A stretch of 64,000 bases of DNA from Gemmatimonadota bacterium (GTDB taxonomy: Bacteria > Gemmatimonadota > Gemmatimonadetes > Palauibacterales > KS3-K002), in contig JBDHJS010000009.1 of NCBI GenBank assembly GCA_039586795.1, forward strand, positions 1 through 64,000. The letters are read 5' to 3'. The position numbers and the translations under genes were made by a program. Under the pieces are notes generated by a model. That model saw only the letters and a program-made list of their open reading frames with translations, ran no database searches and had not been told where the DNA came from. How positions within the stretch are numbered: position 1 is the first letter of the stretch; each line of letters opens with the position of its first letter. Of this stretch, positions 55,085 to 64,000 are shown piece after piece.

Positions 55085-56449
55085 GTGAAGGTACTTGTAG
55101 TAGACGACGAAGCCGGAGTGCGCCGCACTCTGTCAATGATCCTCGAAGACGAGGGCTATCAAGTCATCTCCGCCTCCGACGGCAGGGAAGGGCTGGAGCG
55201 CGCCCTCAAAGAGGAGCCCGATCTCATCCTGTGCGACATCCGCATGCCGCGCATGGACGGCCTCGAGTTCCTAGAGGAATACCGAAAGAACAACGGCGAT
55301 GCCCTAGTCATCACGATCACCGCCTACGGCAGCAACGAGCTGGCTGTGGAAGCGATGCAAAAAGGCGCCTACGACTATCTGCCCAAGCCGTTCACCACGG
55401 CGGAGGTCGTGCTGACGCTCCGCAAAGCTGAAGAACGCGAGAAGCTCCGCCGCGAAGTGAAGCGGCTGCGCAAAGCGGTCAAGGCGGATCACAGGTACCC
55501 GGAGATCGTGGCGAAGAGCGCCGGCATGCGGGAAGCGCTGGAGCTGGCCACCAAGGTCGCCCAACATCCATCCACCGTCTTGATCACGGGTGAGAGCGGA
55601 ACCGGAAAAGAACTGATCGCCCGCCTAATCCACGATGCAAGCCCGCGCGCCGAACGACCTTTCGTGCCCATCAACTGTGGCGCGATTCCCGAGAACCTCC
55701 TCGAGTCAGAGCTGTTCGGGCACGTCAAGGGCGCGTTCACCGGTGCCCACGTCGATCGAGGCGGCCTGTTTGAGGAAGCGGACGGCGGAACGCTGTTCCT
55801 GGACGAAATCGGCGAGCTGCCTTCGCAGCTTCAGGTGAAGTTGCTCCGGGCCCTGCAGGAAGGCGAGATCAGGCGCGTCGGCGACAGCACTTCGCGCAAG
55901 GTCGATGTGCGTTTGGTGTGCGCCACCGCCCGTGACCTGGAACAGGAAGTCAGGGACAACACCTTCCGCTCGGACCTCTACTATCGAGTCAATGTCGTAC
56001 GGATTCACCTGCCGCCGTTGCGACAGCGGACCGAGGACATTCCGCCGCTCACCCGTCACTTCATCGAGCGGTTCGCCAAACAACTCGGCATCAACGTGAA
56101 CGGCTTCGAGCCTTCGGCGATGAAGGCCTTGCTGGCTCACCCATGGTACGGCAATGTTCGGCAGCTGGAGAACGTGGTCGAGCGCGCCATGGTGTTGGCG
56201 GAAGGATCGACGATAAGCGCCGTTGATCTTCCGGACTTTATCCGTCATCCGGAAACCTCGGTCGAGGGCCCGGCGGACGCGTTGCCGGCTGATGAGCTCT
56301 CGATCAAGAAGCAGGCGGCCGATCTCGAGCGCCGGCTGATCAGCCGTGCCCTTCAGGTAACGGATGGGAACCGTACCAAAGCGGCGGAGCTTCTCGATCT
56401 CAGCTACCGAGCTCTGCTGTACAAGATCCGCGACTATGGCCTCGACTGA
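55085..56449 (+). CDS. Sigma54-dependent response regulator (PilR2/AtoC-like)
   Basis: Receiver domain; 'GESGTGKE', 'GAFTGA', 'GNVRQLEN'; HTH 'SYRALLYKI'. Confidence 0.9.
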   Translation: MKVLVVDDEAGVRRTLSMILEDEGYQVISASDGREGLERALKEEPDLILCDIRMPRMDGLEFLEEYRKNNGDALVITITAYGSNELAVEAMQKGAYDYLPKPFTTAEVVLTLRKAEEREKLRREVKRLRKAVKADHRYPEIVAKSAGMREALELATKVAQHPSTVLITGESGTGKELIARLIHDASPRAERPFVPINCGAIPENLLESELFGHVKGAFTGAHVDRGGLFEEADGGTLFLDEIGELPSQLQVKLLRALQEGEIRRVGDSTSRKVDVRLVCATARDLEQEVRDNTFRSDLYYRVNVVRIHLPPLRQRTEDIPPLTRHFIERFAKQLGINVNGFEPSAMKALLAHPWYGNVRQLENVVERAMVLAEGSTISAVDLPDFIRHPETSVEGPADALPADELSIKKQAADLERRLISRALQVTDGNRTKAAELLDLSYRALLYKIRDYGLD

Positions 56450-56539
56450 ACGCGGCCCTTAGCCGCCATCGCCATGATGCGCTGAGGTTCGTTTCCGCTC
56501 CGTTGACCATCTGTTGATACTCACCTCTCATCGTGCCAG

Positions 56540-57007
56540 GTGATGAGAGGTTTTTCTTTTGTTGAGCTCGTATCCATCGTCGCCATCCTGGCGCTGCTGG
56601 CCCTGATCGCGCTGCCCGCCCTCGCTCGCTCACGTGCTCGGGCTAACGTGACCGCCGCAAAGAACGCTTTTGCGGCCACCCTCGCCCTCGCCCGCCAGTC
56701 CGCAGTCCAGTATGGCCGGCTGGCTCGCCTTCACCTCGATCCGGAGATCAACGCGTTCTGGGTGACGGTCGACACCGGGACATTTCTGAACGCCCCCCGT
56801 ATCGACACCGTCGGTCCGCTGATCGGCGTGACTGACCGTTTCGGCGGTGTCGAGATCGACGCTACCGACGTCACGATATGCTTCGATCCGCGCGGCCTGG
56901 CTACGCCCAGGGCGGACTGCGACCTGCCGAATACAACCATCGTGTTCAGGCGCGGTAACGCGGTGGACACGGTCACCCTGTCGAGACTTGGGAGGTTGCG
57001 AAGGTGA
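56540..57007 (+). CDS. fimT: FimT/FimU (GspH-like) minor pilin
   Basis: 'MRG|FSFVEL', 'LARQSAV', 'FDPRG'. Confidence 0.75.
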   Translation: MMRGFSFVELVSIVAILALLALIALPALARSRARANVTAAKNAFAATLALARQSAVQYGRLARLHLDPEINAFWVTVDTGTFLNAPRIDTVGPLIGVTDRFGGVEIDATDVTICFDPRGLATPRADCDLPNTTIVFRRGNAVDTVTLSRLGRLRR

Positions 57008-57348
57008 CGGGTGGCGGGTGCCGATCGGGGTTCACGATCGTCGAGCTGCTGGTCGCCTTGATGGTGCTTGTGGTCGGCGTGTTGGGGCTGTCGGCGGCGG
57101 CTTCAGTCGTCGCATCGAACCTCCGGATCGCGCGTCTCGAGACCCAAGCTCGCTTCCTCGCCCAGTCGGAGCTTGAACGCGTTCTGGCCGGCGGCTCGGG
57201 AGGCGTCAAGACGGTTGATCGCGCTGGCCAATTTCAGGTCGCGGTTGACGTCGGTGGCGCTGATCCGCGCCACGTGAGGCTCACCGTCAGCGGCATCGTT
57301 GGCTCCGACACGGTGTCGGACACGCTCATCACTCTACTGCCGTGGTGA
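57004..57348 (+). CDS. pilV: PilV-like minor pilin
   Basis: 'SG|FTIVELLVALMVLVVGVLGL'; short; position in operon. Confidence 0.72.
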   Translation: MTGGGCRSGFTIVELLVALMVLVVGVLGLSAAASVVASNLRIARLETQARFLAQSELERVLAGGSGGVKTVDRAGQFQVAVDVGGADPRHVRLTVSGIVGSDTVSDTLITLLPW

Positions 57349-58178
57349 TGAGAAGCCGGACATCTCGCGCGCGCGTCGGGTTCTCCCTTGTCGAGATGAC
57401 AACGGCTCTCCTGGTAGCCGGGTTGGTCGTCGCCTCGATTTCCGCGGTCTTCGTCAACCAGTGGCGCTTTCATTCGGCGCAAGCTGAGATCGCCCTAACG
57501 TACCGTGCCGCCAGCGTGGCCCTCGAGGTGTTGGTCACGGAGCTTCGGCAGGCTAGCCCGCGCCTTGGCGACATCTACGCCATCGCCAGCGATAGCGTGG
57601 CTTTGCGATCCACGACGGGACACGGCGTGATCTGTGATGTGGCCGGTGACCGCGTTGGCTTGCGACGGGTGGCAGGGACGTTTGGCGATGGAAGGGCGGA
57701 CAGCGTGCTCATCTTCATCGAAGGCCGGATAGAGTCGGCGATCGATGACAGATGGCAGGTTGTGCCGATTCGGAGCGTCCGAGGCACGGGCCCAGGGCTA
57801 TGCGCGGACCGTCTCGAGCCCGATCTCTATTTGACGGTGGGCGGCGATCTGGCAGGCGTCGAGAAAGGAGCTCCAGTTCGCGGTTTCCGACCCTATACCT
57901 ATCGATTGTACCTCGCTGCCGATGGCAACTGGTGGTTGGGACAGCGATTGCGCGGTGGACGCATCCAGCCGGTCACGGGCCCCTTCCTTAGCCCCGACGA
58001 GGGCGGCCTGAGCCTCGAGTATCTGGATCGCGAAAGGGTTAGGACATGGGACCCTGCGGACTTTGTGCAGGTTGTGATCTCGGTCAGAGCGCGAAGCTTG
58101 CGGCCTATCCCTCGAAAGGGGATGCCCGGATTCTTCGTCGATTCCTTGGCAACCACCGTCTTCTTGAGGAATTCATGA
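57342..58178 (+). CDS. pilW: PilW-like minor pilin
   Basis: 'VG|FSLVEM', 'ELRQA', C-terminal 'VFLRN'. Confidence 0.75.
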   Translation: MVMRSRTSRARVGFSLVEMTTALLVAGLVVASISAVFVNQWRFHSAQAEIALTYRAASVALEVLVTELRQASPRLGDIYAIASDSVALRSTTGHGVICDVAGDRVGLRRVAGTFGDGRADSVLIFIEGRIESAIDDRWQVVPIRSVRGTGPGLCADRLEPDLYLTVGGDLAGVEKGAPVRGFRPYTYRLYLAADGNWWLGQRLRGGRIQPVTGPFLSPDEGGLSLEYLDRERVRTWDPADFVQVVISVRARSLRPIPRKGMPGFFVDSLATTVFLRNS

Positions 58179-59320
58179 GGCGTTCGCTGACGGACGAACG
58201 GGGAGTGGCCGTCATCGCTGCTGTGGTTACGCTCGTGCTTCTCGGCGCCGTGGTCTCGGGAAGTCTGGTTCTCGCCGTTCGACAGGCCCGCGGCAGCTCC
58301 GGTGGTCTTCAGGCCGCGGCCGCGTTCTACGCCGCCGAAGCGGGTCTCGCGGCATCACTTCGTGGTTGGGATTGGGAGGCCGCCCGTGCGGCGCAGCCGG
58401 GCGTGCCGGTTCTCTTGGCGTCCGGCGAGCTTGCCACGGGAGAGACCTTCCAAGCGTACATCGCTCGGAATGGAAGCGGAGAGGCCGACAGAGCGCACTA
58501 TCTGGTAACCTCCACCGGTCGTGCCAACGGCCCGCACGGAGGGCGTCGAACCGTCGCTTTGCTCCTACGGGAGCCGCTTGACGCCCGCTGGTGCTGTGGC
58601 GCAGCTCTGACGGCTGGTTCCCGGGTGAGTGTGGAAGGCGGGGTCATCCGAGGCGCCTCCGAAGATCCTCTGGGTTGGAGACCCACCTCTGAGGCCTGTG
58701 CCGATTCGTCGGTGTTGGGGCCGGGAGTCTTGGCCGGGAGCGGGAGCGTGGGTGTGTCGAGCGATGGCGTCGTCGAGGGCGCGCCGGCCGTACAGGAACT
58801 CGACAAAGGGCTGGATAACCTCATCGAAGAGATCGAGGTGATCTTCGAGGACCTGGCCGTGAGGAGTGATATCGAGCTACCGCCCGGAGCCCAGCTCCCC
58901 AGCCTCGGACCGCTCGTTGACGGCGCCGGCGGCTGCGATACGGAACGAACAGGGAATTGGGGCGAACCGCTGGATCCGGATCACCCTTGTTCTGAGTACC
59001 TGCCTGTGATTCACTCCGCCGGGGACCTGACGATCGAAACAATCGGGCGCGGGCAGGGTATCCTATTGGTTGAGGGGGACTTGGCCGTTACTGGCGACTT
59101 CGAGTTCCACGGCCTGGTGATCGTTTTGGGCGATCTGCAGATCGAGAATGGTCGGATCTCTGGCACCGTCCTGGCCCCAGGGCGCAGATCTACCGTCAGG
59201 GTAGGCTTCGGCGGCCAGTTGGGCCTCTCTAAGTGCGGTGTCCGGAGGGCCCTCCGAGCGGCGAAACTCGTTTCACCGCACCCCCTTGCGCAATTCTCGT
59301 GGTTAGAGATATTGGAGTAG
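58175..59320 (+). CDS. pilX: PilX-like minor pilin with an extended C-terminal domain
   Basis: 'ERG|VAVIAAVV' (no Glu5), 'AFYAAEAG', 'STG', 'GQGILLVEGDL'; ATG 58175 overlaps the pilW stop. Confidence 0.72.
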   Translation: MRRSLTDERGVAVIAAVVTLVLLGAVVSGSLVLAVRQARGSSGGLQAAAAFYAAEAGLAASLRGWDWEAARAAQPGVPVLLASGELATGETFQAYIARNGSGEADRAHYLVTSTGRANGPHGGRRTVALLLREPLDARWCCGAALTAGSRVSVEGGVIRGASEDPLGWRPTSEACADSSVLGPGVLAGSGSVGVSSDGVVEGAPAVQELDKGLDNLIEEIEVIFEDLAVRSDIELPPGAQLPSLGPLVDGAGGCDTERTGNWGEPLDPDHPCSEYLPVIHSAGDLTIETIGRGQGILLVEGDLAVTGDFEFHGLVIVLGDLQIENGRISGTVLAPGRRSTVRVGFGGQLGLSKCGVRRALRAAKLVSPHPLAQFSWLEILE

Positions 59321-59360
59321 GGCTGGCCCTGCAGCCCATTACAGAACCCCCCCGTCGTTG

Positions 59361-59389
59361 TTGACAAAATGACCGCGGGGGGCTATCAT
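59361..59389 (+). promoter_or_regulatory. Sigma70 promoter of pilMNOPQ
   Basis: TTGACA-N17-TATCAT. Confidence 0.72.
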
Positions 59390-59494
59390 ACAGAGCCCTA
59401 CCCCTAGGTCCCACTACAGCTTAGCAACTTCGGCTTCACCTTCATGTGAAGTGGAGCGAGCTTTCACCTTAGGAACCTAGACCTTTCGACAATT

Positions 59495-60541
59495 ATGGCC
59501 ATGCTAGGATTGGGTCGCCGCAAGCGAACCATAGGACTCGACATCGGTAGCGGCTACGTCAAGCTAGTCGTTATGGACCATGGCAAGGGCCGGCCGCGCA
59601 TCGTCAAAGCCGCTGCCACGCCCCTGGTCGCCGATGCCATCGTTGAGGGTGAGGTCATGGATCCCACCCTGGTCGCCAGCACGATACGCTCGCTCTTCGA
59701 GGCGGCAGGAGTGAAGGAGAAGAGGGTCGTTACAGCTGTGGGCGGCCGCGATGTGATCATCAAGCGGATCCAGATGGACCGGATGAAGGAATCGGACGCC
59801 CGGGAAGTCATCCGCTGGGAGGCCGAGCAGCACGTGCCGTTCGACATGGAGAGCGTCGAACTCGATTTCCAGATCCTCGACCCGTTGGACGAAGGTCTGC
59901 AGATGACGGTCTTGCTCGTGGCTGCCAAGCGTGAGCTCGTGGAGAACAAGGTGGCCCTGCTGCTCGACGCCGGTCTCGAACCGGAGATCATCGACGTCGA
60001 CGCGTTTGCTCTCCATAACGCCTTCGAGTTGAACTACCCAGAGGCCATGGCCGGAGTCGTCGGCTTCGTCAACATCGGCCACGAAACCACCAATGTGAAT
60101 CTGCTGGAGGACGGGGTGCCGGTACTGACCCGGGATCTGGCCTTCGGCACGCGGCGGTTGCGTGAGAGCCTCCAGAGAGAGCGTGGCTTGACCGCAGAGG
60201 CCGCTGAAGACGTGCTGGAGGGTCGCACCAGCGATCCCGAACTGGAAGAATTCATCGGGCAGCGCGCCGAGGAAGTGGCATTGGGAGTCGAGCGAGCCGC
60301 GGCTTTCTTGCAGGCCAGCTCATCCCAGGCCGGACTGTCTCGGATCTACGTCTGTGGTGGCGGCGCCCGCGTCGTCCGCATGGCAGAGGCGCTCGCCGAC
60401 CGGCTGCAAGTCCCGGCCGAACTGGCCAACCCGGTCCAGAGAGTCGATGTGGATCCGGGCGCGTTCGACCTCGTTTCGATCGCAGATATGGGTCCGATGC
60501 TCGTACTCCCGGTCGGTCTTGCACTCCGGCGAGCCGCGTGA
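59495..60541 (+). CDS. pilM: Type IV pilus assembly protein PilM
   Basis: 'GLDIGS', 'EAEQHVPF', 'LLVAAK', 'CGGGA', 'GLALR'. Confidence 0.95.
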   Translation: MAMLGLGRRKRTIGLDIGSGYVKLVVMDHGKGRPRIVKAAATPLVADAIVEGEVMDPTLVASTIRSLFEAAGVKEKRVVTAVGGRDVIIKRIQMDRMKESDAREVIRWEAEQHVPFDMESVELDFQILDPLDEGLQMTVLLVAAKRELVENKVALLLDAGLEPEIIDVDAFALHNAFELNYPEAMAGVVGFVNIGHETTNVNLLEDGVPVLTRDLAFGTRRLRESLQRERGLTAEAAEDVLEGRTSDPELEEFIGQRAEEVALGVERAAAFLQASSSQAGLSRIYVCGGGARVVRMAEALADRLQVPAELANPVQRVDVDPGAFDLVSIADMGPMLVLPVGLALRRAA

Positions 60542-60584
60542 CGCGCACAACCAGCTTTGAACTTTATCCGGATGGATACCTGAG

Positions 60585-61253
60585 ATGCTGGCGCTGATTG
60601 AGATGAACCTGCTCCCCGGCGGAAAGCGGGGAGTCGCACGGCCGAAGGGCGGACGGAAGCTATCGCTTCCGAAGTTCGATGGGCTGCAGGATATGGTCAA
60701 AGGCGATCCACTGGTCATTCTGGTGATTGCCGGCCTCATCCTGGCCGTCGCACATCTCGGCTTCACGTTCTTCACCCAGGGTGTGACAGCGGACCAACTC
60801 GCCCAAGATCTCGAGGTCCAGCTGCAGGACTCGGTGCGATACGCCGAGGCAATCCAGGCCGCCGACAGTCTGAGGGCGCGACAGGATACGCTGCAGCAGA
60901 GGACACAGGTCATTCAGGAGATCGACGCCGATCGTTATGTCTGGCCGCACATCATGGACGAGATCTCGACTTCGCTGCCCGACCACACCTGGTTGACGTC
61001 GATACAGCAGACCGGCGGAACGGGAATGGGCATCGAGTTCCGCATTGATGGTATGACCGGCCAGACGCCGGCCCTCACGCGCTTCATGCGCGACCTAGAG
61101 GGCTCGCCGTTCATTCGTGAGGTCCGCCTCCAGTCGCAGGAACAGATTCAGCAGGGGCAGACTCTCATTCACAGCTTCGTGTTGTTGGCTCGGTATCAGG
61201 CGCCTGATTCGACGGCGATTACCACCGAGCCAATCATCGTTGCAGGGGGTTAG
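60585..61253 (+). CDS. pilN: Type IV pilus assembly protein PilN
   Basis: 'IEMNLLP', TM, coiled coil, 'WLTSI', 'FMRDLEGSPF'. Confidence 0.9.
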   Translation: MLALIEMNLLPGGKRGVARPKGGRKLSLPKFDGLQDMVKGDPLVILVIAGLILAVAHLGFTFFTQGVTADQLAQDLEVQLQDSVRYAEAIQAADSLRARQDTLQQRTQVIQEIDADRYVWPHIMDEISTSLPDHTWLTSIQQTGGTGMGIEFRIDGMTGQTPALTRFMRDLEGSPFIREVRLQSQEQIQQGQTLIHSFVLLARYQAPDSTAITTEPIIVAGG

Positions 61254-61258
61254 CAGCC

Positions 61259-61870
61259 GTGGCCCTGTTACCAGCTGATCCAAAACAGCGCAAGCAGGCG
61301 CTGGTCTTGATGCTATTGGTCGTCGCGGCCATGTGGTGGGCCGGGAGGATCTACTTCATCGTTCCGCGCACCGATGACATCAACCGCGACCAGGAACGAC
61401 TCGAGGCACTCGAAGGGAGAAACCGGCGGGCTCGCATCGAGGCAAATCAGAGAGACGCTCTCGAAGACCGCATGGCCGTAATGGAGCGCCAACTGCGTGT
61501 CTTCGAGGAGTTCATTCCGGACTCCGAAGAGGTGCCTGAGCTTCTCGACGCGATCTCACACGAGGCGGCTTTGGTCGGCGTGGAGATGGTCCGCCTTCGC
61601 CCGCAGGCCGCGGAGGCCGGCGAGTACTACACGAAACAAACGTGGGAGCTCGCTGTTCTCGGAGAGTACCACGACATTGGCAGGTTCCTGGCCCGCGTGG
61701 CCTCCCTGCCCAGGATCATCAAGCCGGCGAACGTACAGATCTCCCTCGCCCCTCTCAGTCGTGCGACACGAAACATGGAGGCTCCGCTCGAAGTCTCGCT
61801 GGTGATTGAGACCTTCGTGATCGGATCAACTCCGACCACACCAGTAAGCCAAGGAGCGTCTCGTGGTTAG
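61259..61870 (+). CDS. pilO: Type IV pilus assembly protein PilO
   Basis: TM, coiled coil, 'IPDSEEVPELL', 'GEYHDIGRFLARVASLPRII'. Confidence 0.9.
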   Translation: MALLPADPKQRKQALVLMLLVVAAMWWAGRIYFIVPRTDDINRDQERLEALEGRNRRARIEANQRDALEDRMAVMERQLRVFEEFIPDSEEVPELLDAISHEAALVGVEMVRLRPQAAEAGEYYTKQTWELAVLGEYHDIGRFLARVASLPRIIKPANVQISLAPLSRATRNMEAPLEVSLVIETFVIGSTPTTPVSQGASRG

Positions 61871-62306
61871 CGCCGCTCTAATACTGGCATCGGCAATCGC
61901 CGGCCTGGTGCCCACCCCGCACGCCGCGTCGTTGGCGGTCCAGGACACGACGCAAGCGCAGCCAGCCGAAGCGCCGCAGCAGCAAGTTTACCGGCGCGAG
62001 ACGTTCGTCTACCCGACGGACAATAGACGCAACCCGTTCATCGACTTGGCTGGCGAGGACGCATCGGGACCGCAGTTCGAGAACCTCGATCTCACTGGAA
62101 TCATTTTCGGGGGTTCCGCAGGGAGCGTGGCGTCGCTGGTGGATCGCGCCACTGAAAAACGATACCGCGTGCGCCGCGGAGACATCGTCGGCAACGCGCG
62201 GGTAGTTGAGATTCGGCCGGACGAAGTCGTCTTCCAGGTCACTCAGTTCGGAGTGACACGCAGCGAGACGCTTCGTATCAGGAGACCAGAGGAGGAGCAG
62301 GGATGA
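61863..62306 (+). CDS. pilP: PilP-like protein
   Basis: 'RRNPF', 'LTGII', 'VRRGDIVG...VVEI'; lies between pilO and pilQ. Confidence 0.75.
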   Translation: MVSAALILASAIAGLVPTPHAASLAVQDTTQAQPAEAPQQQVYRRETFVYPTDNRRNPFIDLAGEDASGPQFENLDLTGIIFGGSAGSVASLVDRATEKRYRVRRGDIVGNARVVEIRPDEVVFQVTQFGVTRSETLRIRRPEEEQG

Positions 62307-64000
62307 TGCTCCACGCATTGATCTTGATGTTGGCAGCGGCTGGCGGTAGCGAGCCGGCCGCGGTGACCGAACTCCGGGTGGAACCTGTAGCTGGCTACAC
62401 TGAAGTCGTCGTACGAACCAGTGGTGAGGTCAGCTACTCGGATTTCCTACTCACGGAGCCTCCGCGCCTGATCGTCGATCTCAAAGGCGCTCGGCACGCC
62501 CTCGGAAGATCCGACTTCGAGGACATCCAGCGCGGCGGCGTCATCCGGCTCCGCACCAGCCAGTTCCGTGATGATGTCGTGCGTATCGTGGTAGAGTTGA
62601 CCGAGCCGACCAGCTACACGCTGACCCGACAGGGCGGGGAGATCCGAGTTTCCTTCCCGAACCCGGAGGGCGCGGTCTTCGATTCGTGGGCCAGCCGCTT
62701 GGAACGCGATCCGGTGCCGCCGGCACCGACCGTAGCCGAGGCTCAGCCGACTCGCGCCGCTCAACAGCAGCAAGAGACTGCGCCCAACGCGACGTTCCGG
62801 CAGGAGGCCACGCCGATCAGCCAAATGCCGCGGATCACGGTGACGTTCGAGAACACCGACATCCGTGACGTGCTGAATAACTTCGCCGACTTCACCGGCA
62901 AGTCGTTCGTGCCCGGCGTCGGCGTCGAGGGCGCCATCACGGCCAACATCAGGAACCAGCCGTGGGACCTGGCTCTGAAAGCGATCCTCGACGCACAGGG
63001 ACTGAGCGCCGTCGAGACGGCGACCGGCATCATCCGCGTCGACAAGCTTGAGAACCTCCAGGAGCGCCAACAGCTGATCCAGCTGCAGACGCAGATCTTC
63101 AAGATCAACTATGCGCCTGTGGCTGAGCTTGCGGCGGCGATCGAGCCTGCAATCTCGGAGCGCGGCCGGGTGATCGCTAACGAGGCGACCAACTCCATCA
63201 TCGTTACCGACCTTCCCGAAAACGTCCAGATCACGCAGCAGCTCATCACCGACCTTGACGTGCGTACGCCCCAGGTCGTGATCTCGGCGAAGATCATCTT
63301 CGTCGACCGTAGTGACATCCAGGAGCTGGGAATCTCGTGGGACCTGAAGGACACCGGCGGAAACCAGCTAAACGAGCTCATCCCGGGCCCAACACTCGAC
63401 CCGCGTCGCTGGGAGTTGGTCGACTCCAACTTCGACGGCGTACCTGACCAGGTCGTCAAGCCGCTGACCACCCAGAACCAGGTCTCGTTCAGCGGCGCCT
63501 CTATCGGAGCACTGGCCAACGCCAGAGACCGACTCGTGTTGCCGGCGCTGCAGCTCCTGACATCGGCTGCTATCGGTGATTTCCGGTTGTTCAACTTCAT
63601 CGAAGCTCTCGAACGTCAGGACCTGTCAGACATCGTCGCCGCTCCCACCATCCAGACGATGGATAACCAGCCGGCCAACATCCTGGTTGGTGAGAAGACG
63701 CCCATCCGAGTCGTCGACTATGGCGCTGGCGGTGCGACCGGCATCGGTGGCGTCCCCGGCCAGGAACAGGCTCAGGCCCAGTTCCCACAGTCGACGGTCC
63801 AGTTGGAGGAGACCGGCATCAAGCTCAACGTGACGCCGCACATCACCCATGACCGAAGAGTCGTGATGGACCTGCATGCGGAGCGTTCCGGCGTACAGCT
63901 CGCTCCCGGCGATATCGGATTCGTCTTCCAGACGCAGGAGGGAACGACCCGTCTCATCCTCGAGGACGGCGAAACTGGAGTGATCGGCGGACTGACTGTC
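62303..64000 (+). CDS. pilQ: Type IV pilus secretin with AMIN domain (runs off the window edge; not in ORF track)
   Basis: Manual translation MMLHALILMLAAAGG...'PPRLIVDL'...'VVRIVVEL' (AMIN), 'NQPWDLAL', 'TNSIIVTD', 'TPQVVISAKI', 'ETGIKLNVTPHIT', 'VIGGL'. Confidence 0.92.
   Translation, partial: MMLHALILMLAAAGGSEPAAVTELRVEPVAGYTEVVVRTSGEVSYSDFLLTEPPRLIVDLKGARHALGRSDFEDIQRGGVIRLRTSQFRDDVVRIVVELTEPTSYTLTRQGGEIRVSFPNPEGAVFDSWASRLERDPVPPAPTVAEAQPTRAAQQQQETAPNATFRQEATPISQMPRITVTFENTDIRDVLNNFADFTGKSFVPGVGVEGAITANIRNQPWDLALKAILDAQGLSAVETATGIIRVDKLENLQERQQLIQLQTQIFKINYAPVAELAAAIEPAISERGRVIANEATNSIIVTDLPENVQITQQLITDLDVRTPQVVISAKIIFVDRSDIQELGISWDLKDTGGNQLNELIPGPTLDPRRWELVDSNFDGVPDQVVKPLTTQNQVSFSGASIGALANARDRLVLPALQLLTSAAIGDFRLFNFIEALERQDLSDIVAAPTIQTMDNQPANILVGEKTPIRVVDYGAGGATGIGGVPGQEQAQAQFPQSTVQLEETGIKLNVTPHITHDRRVVMDLHAERSGVQLAPGDIGFVFQTQEGTTRLILEDGETGVIGGLTV

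Noticed and set aside
1..64000. CRISPR arrays, tRNA/rRNA genes, transposases, integrases, prophage genes
   Set aside because: No regularly spaced repeats, RNA gene signatures or mobile-element proteins recognised by eye; small RNAs cannot be excluded without a covariance-model search.

Overview
GC-rich bacterial chromosomal segment. The gene content (a SprA-like giant beta-barrel, the pilin type, deltaproteobacteria-like pil gene order) suggests an FCB-group organism, most likely Gemmatimonadota; this is inference, not checked. There are four blocks. (1) 1-15.4 kb: a Wzx/Wzy-type surface polysaccharide locus with its own sulfation supply (sulfotransferase, SLC13/TrkA-C transporter, Sat-CysC, CysQ), a GDP-mannose 3,5-epimerase-like enzyme, a priming glycosyltransferase and a divergent Wzi-like gene. 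(2) 15.4-24 kb: lpoB/COG3014/acyltransferase, then a putative signalling island. It holds a single-domain response regulator, an unannotated 40-aa lipopeptide gene (20841-20963, absent from the ORF track) convergent with a cytoplasmic TPR protein, a double Zn-ribbon protein and a degenerate GGDEF protein. (3) 24-34.7 kb: lptG/lptF, a 2083-aa SprA-like protein, an M28 glutaminyl-cyclase-like lipoprotein and comEA. (4) 34.8-64 kb: a type IVa pilus cluster (pilBTC, pilSR, pilA, a second two-component system, fimT/pilVWX, pilMNOPQ) interrupted by one GT2 and five GT-C-type membrane glycosyltransferases, including a TMTC-like protein next to pilA. The best candidates for undescribed systems are the TPR/lipopeptide/receiver triad (Rap-Phr-Spo0F-like architecture) and the GT-C/TMTC pilin glycosylation island. 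No rRNA, tRNA, CRISPR array or mobile element was recognised.
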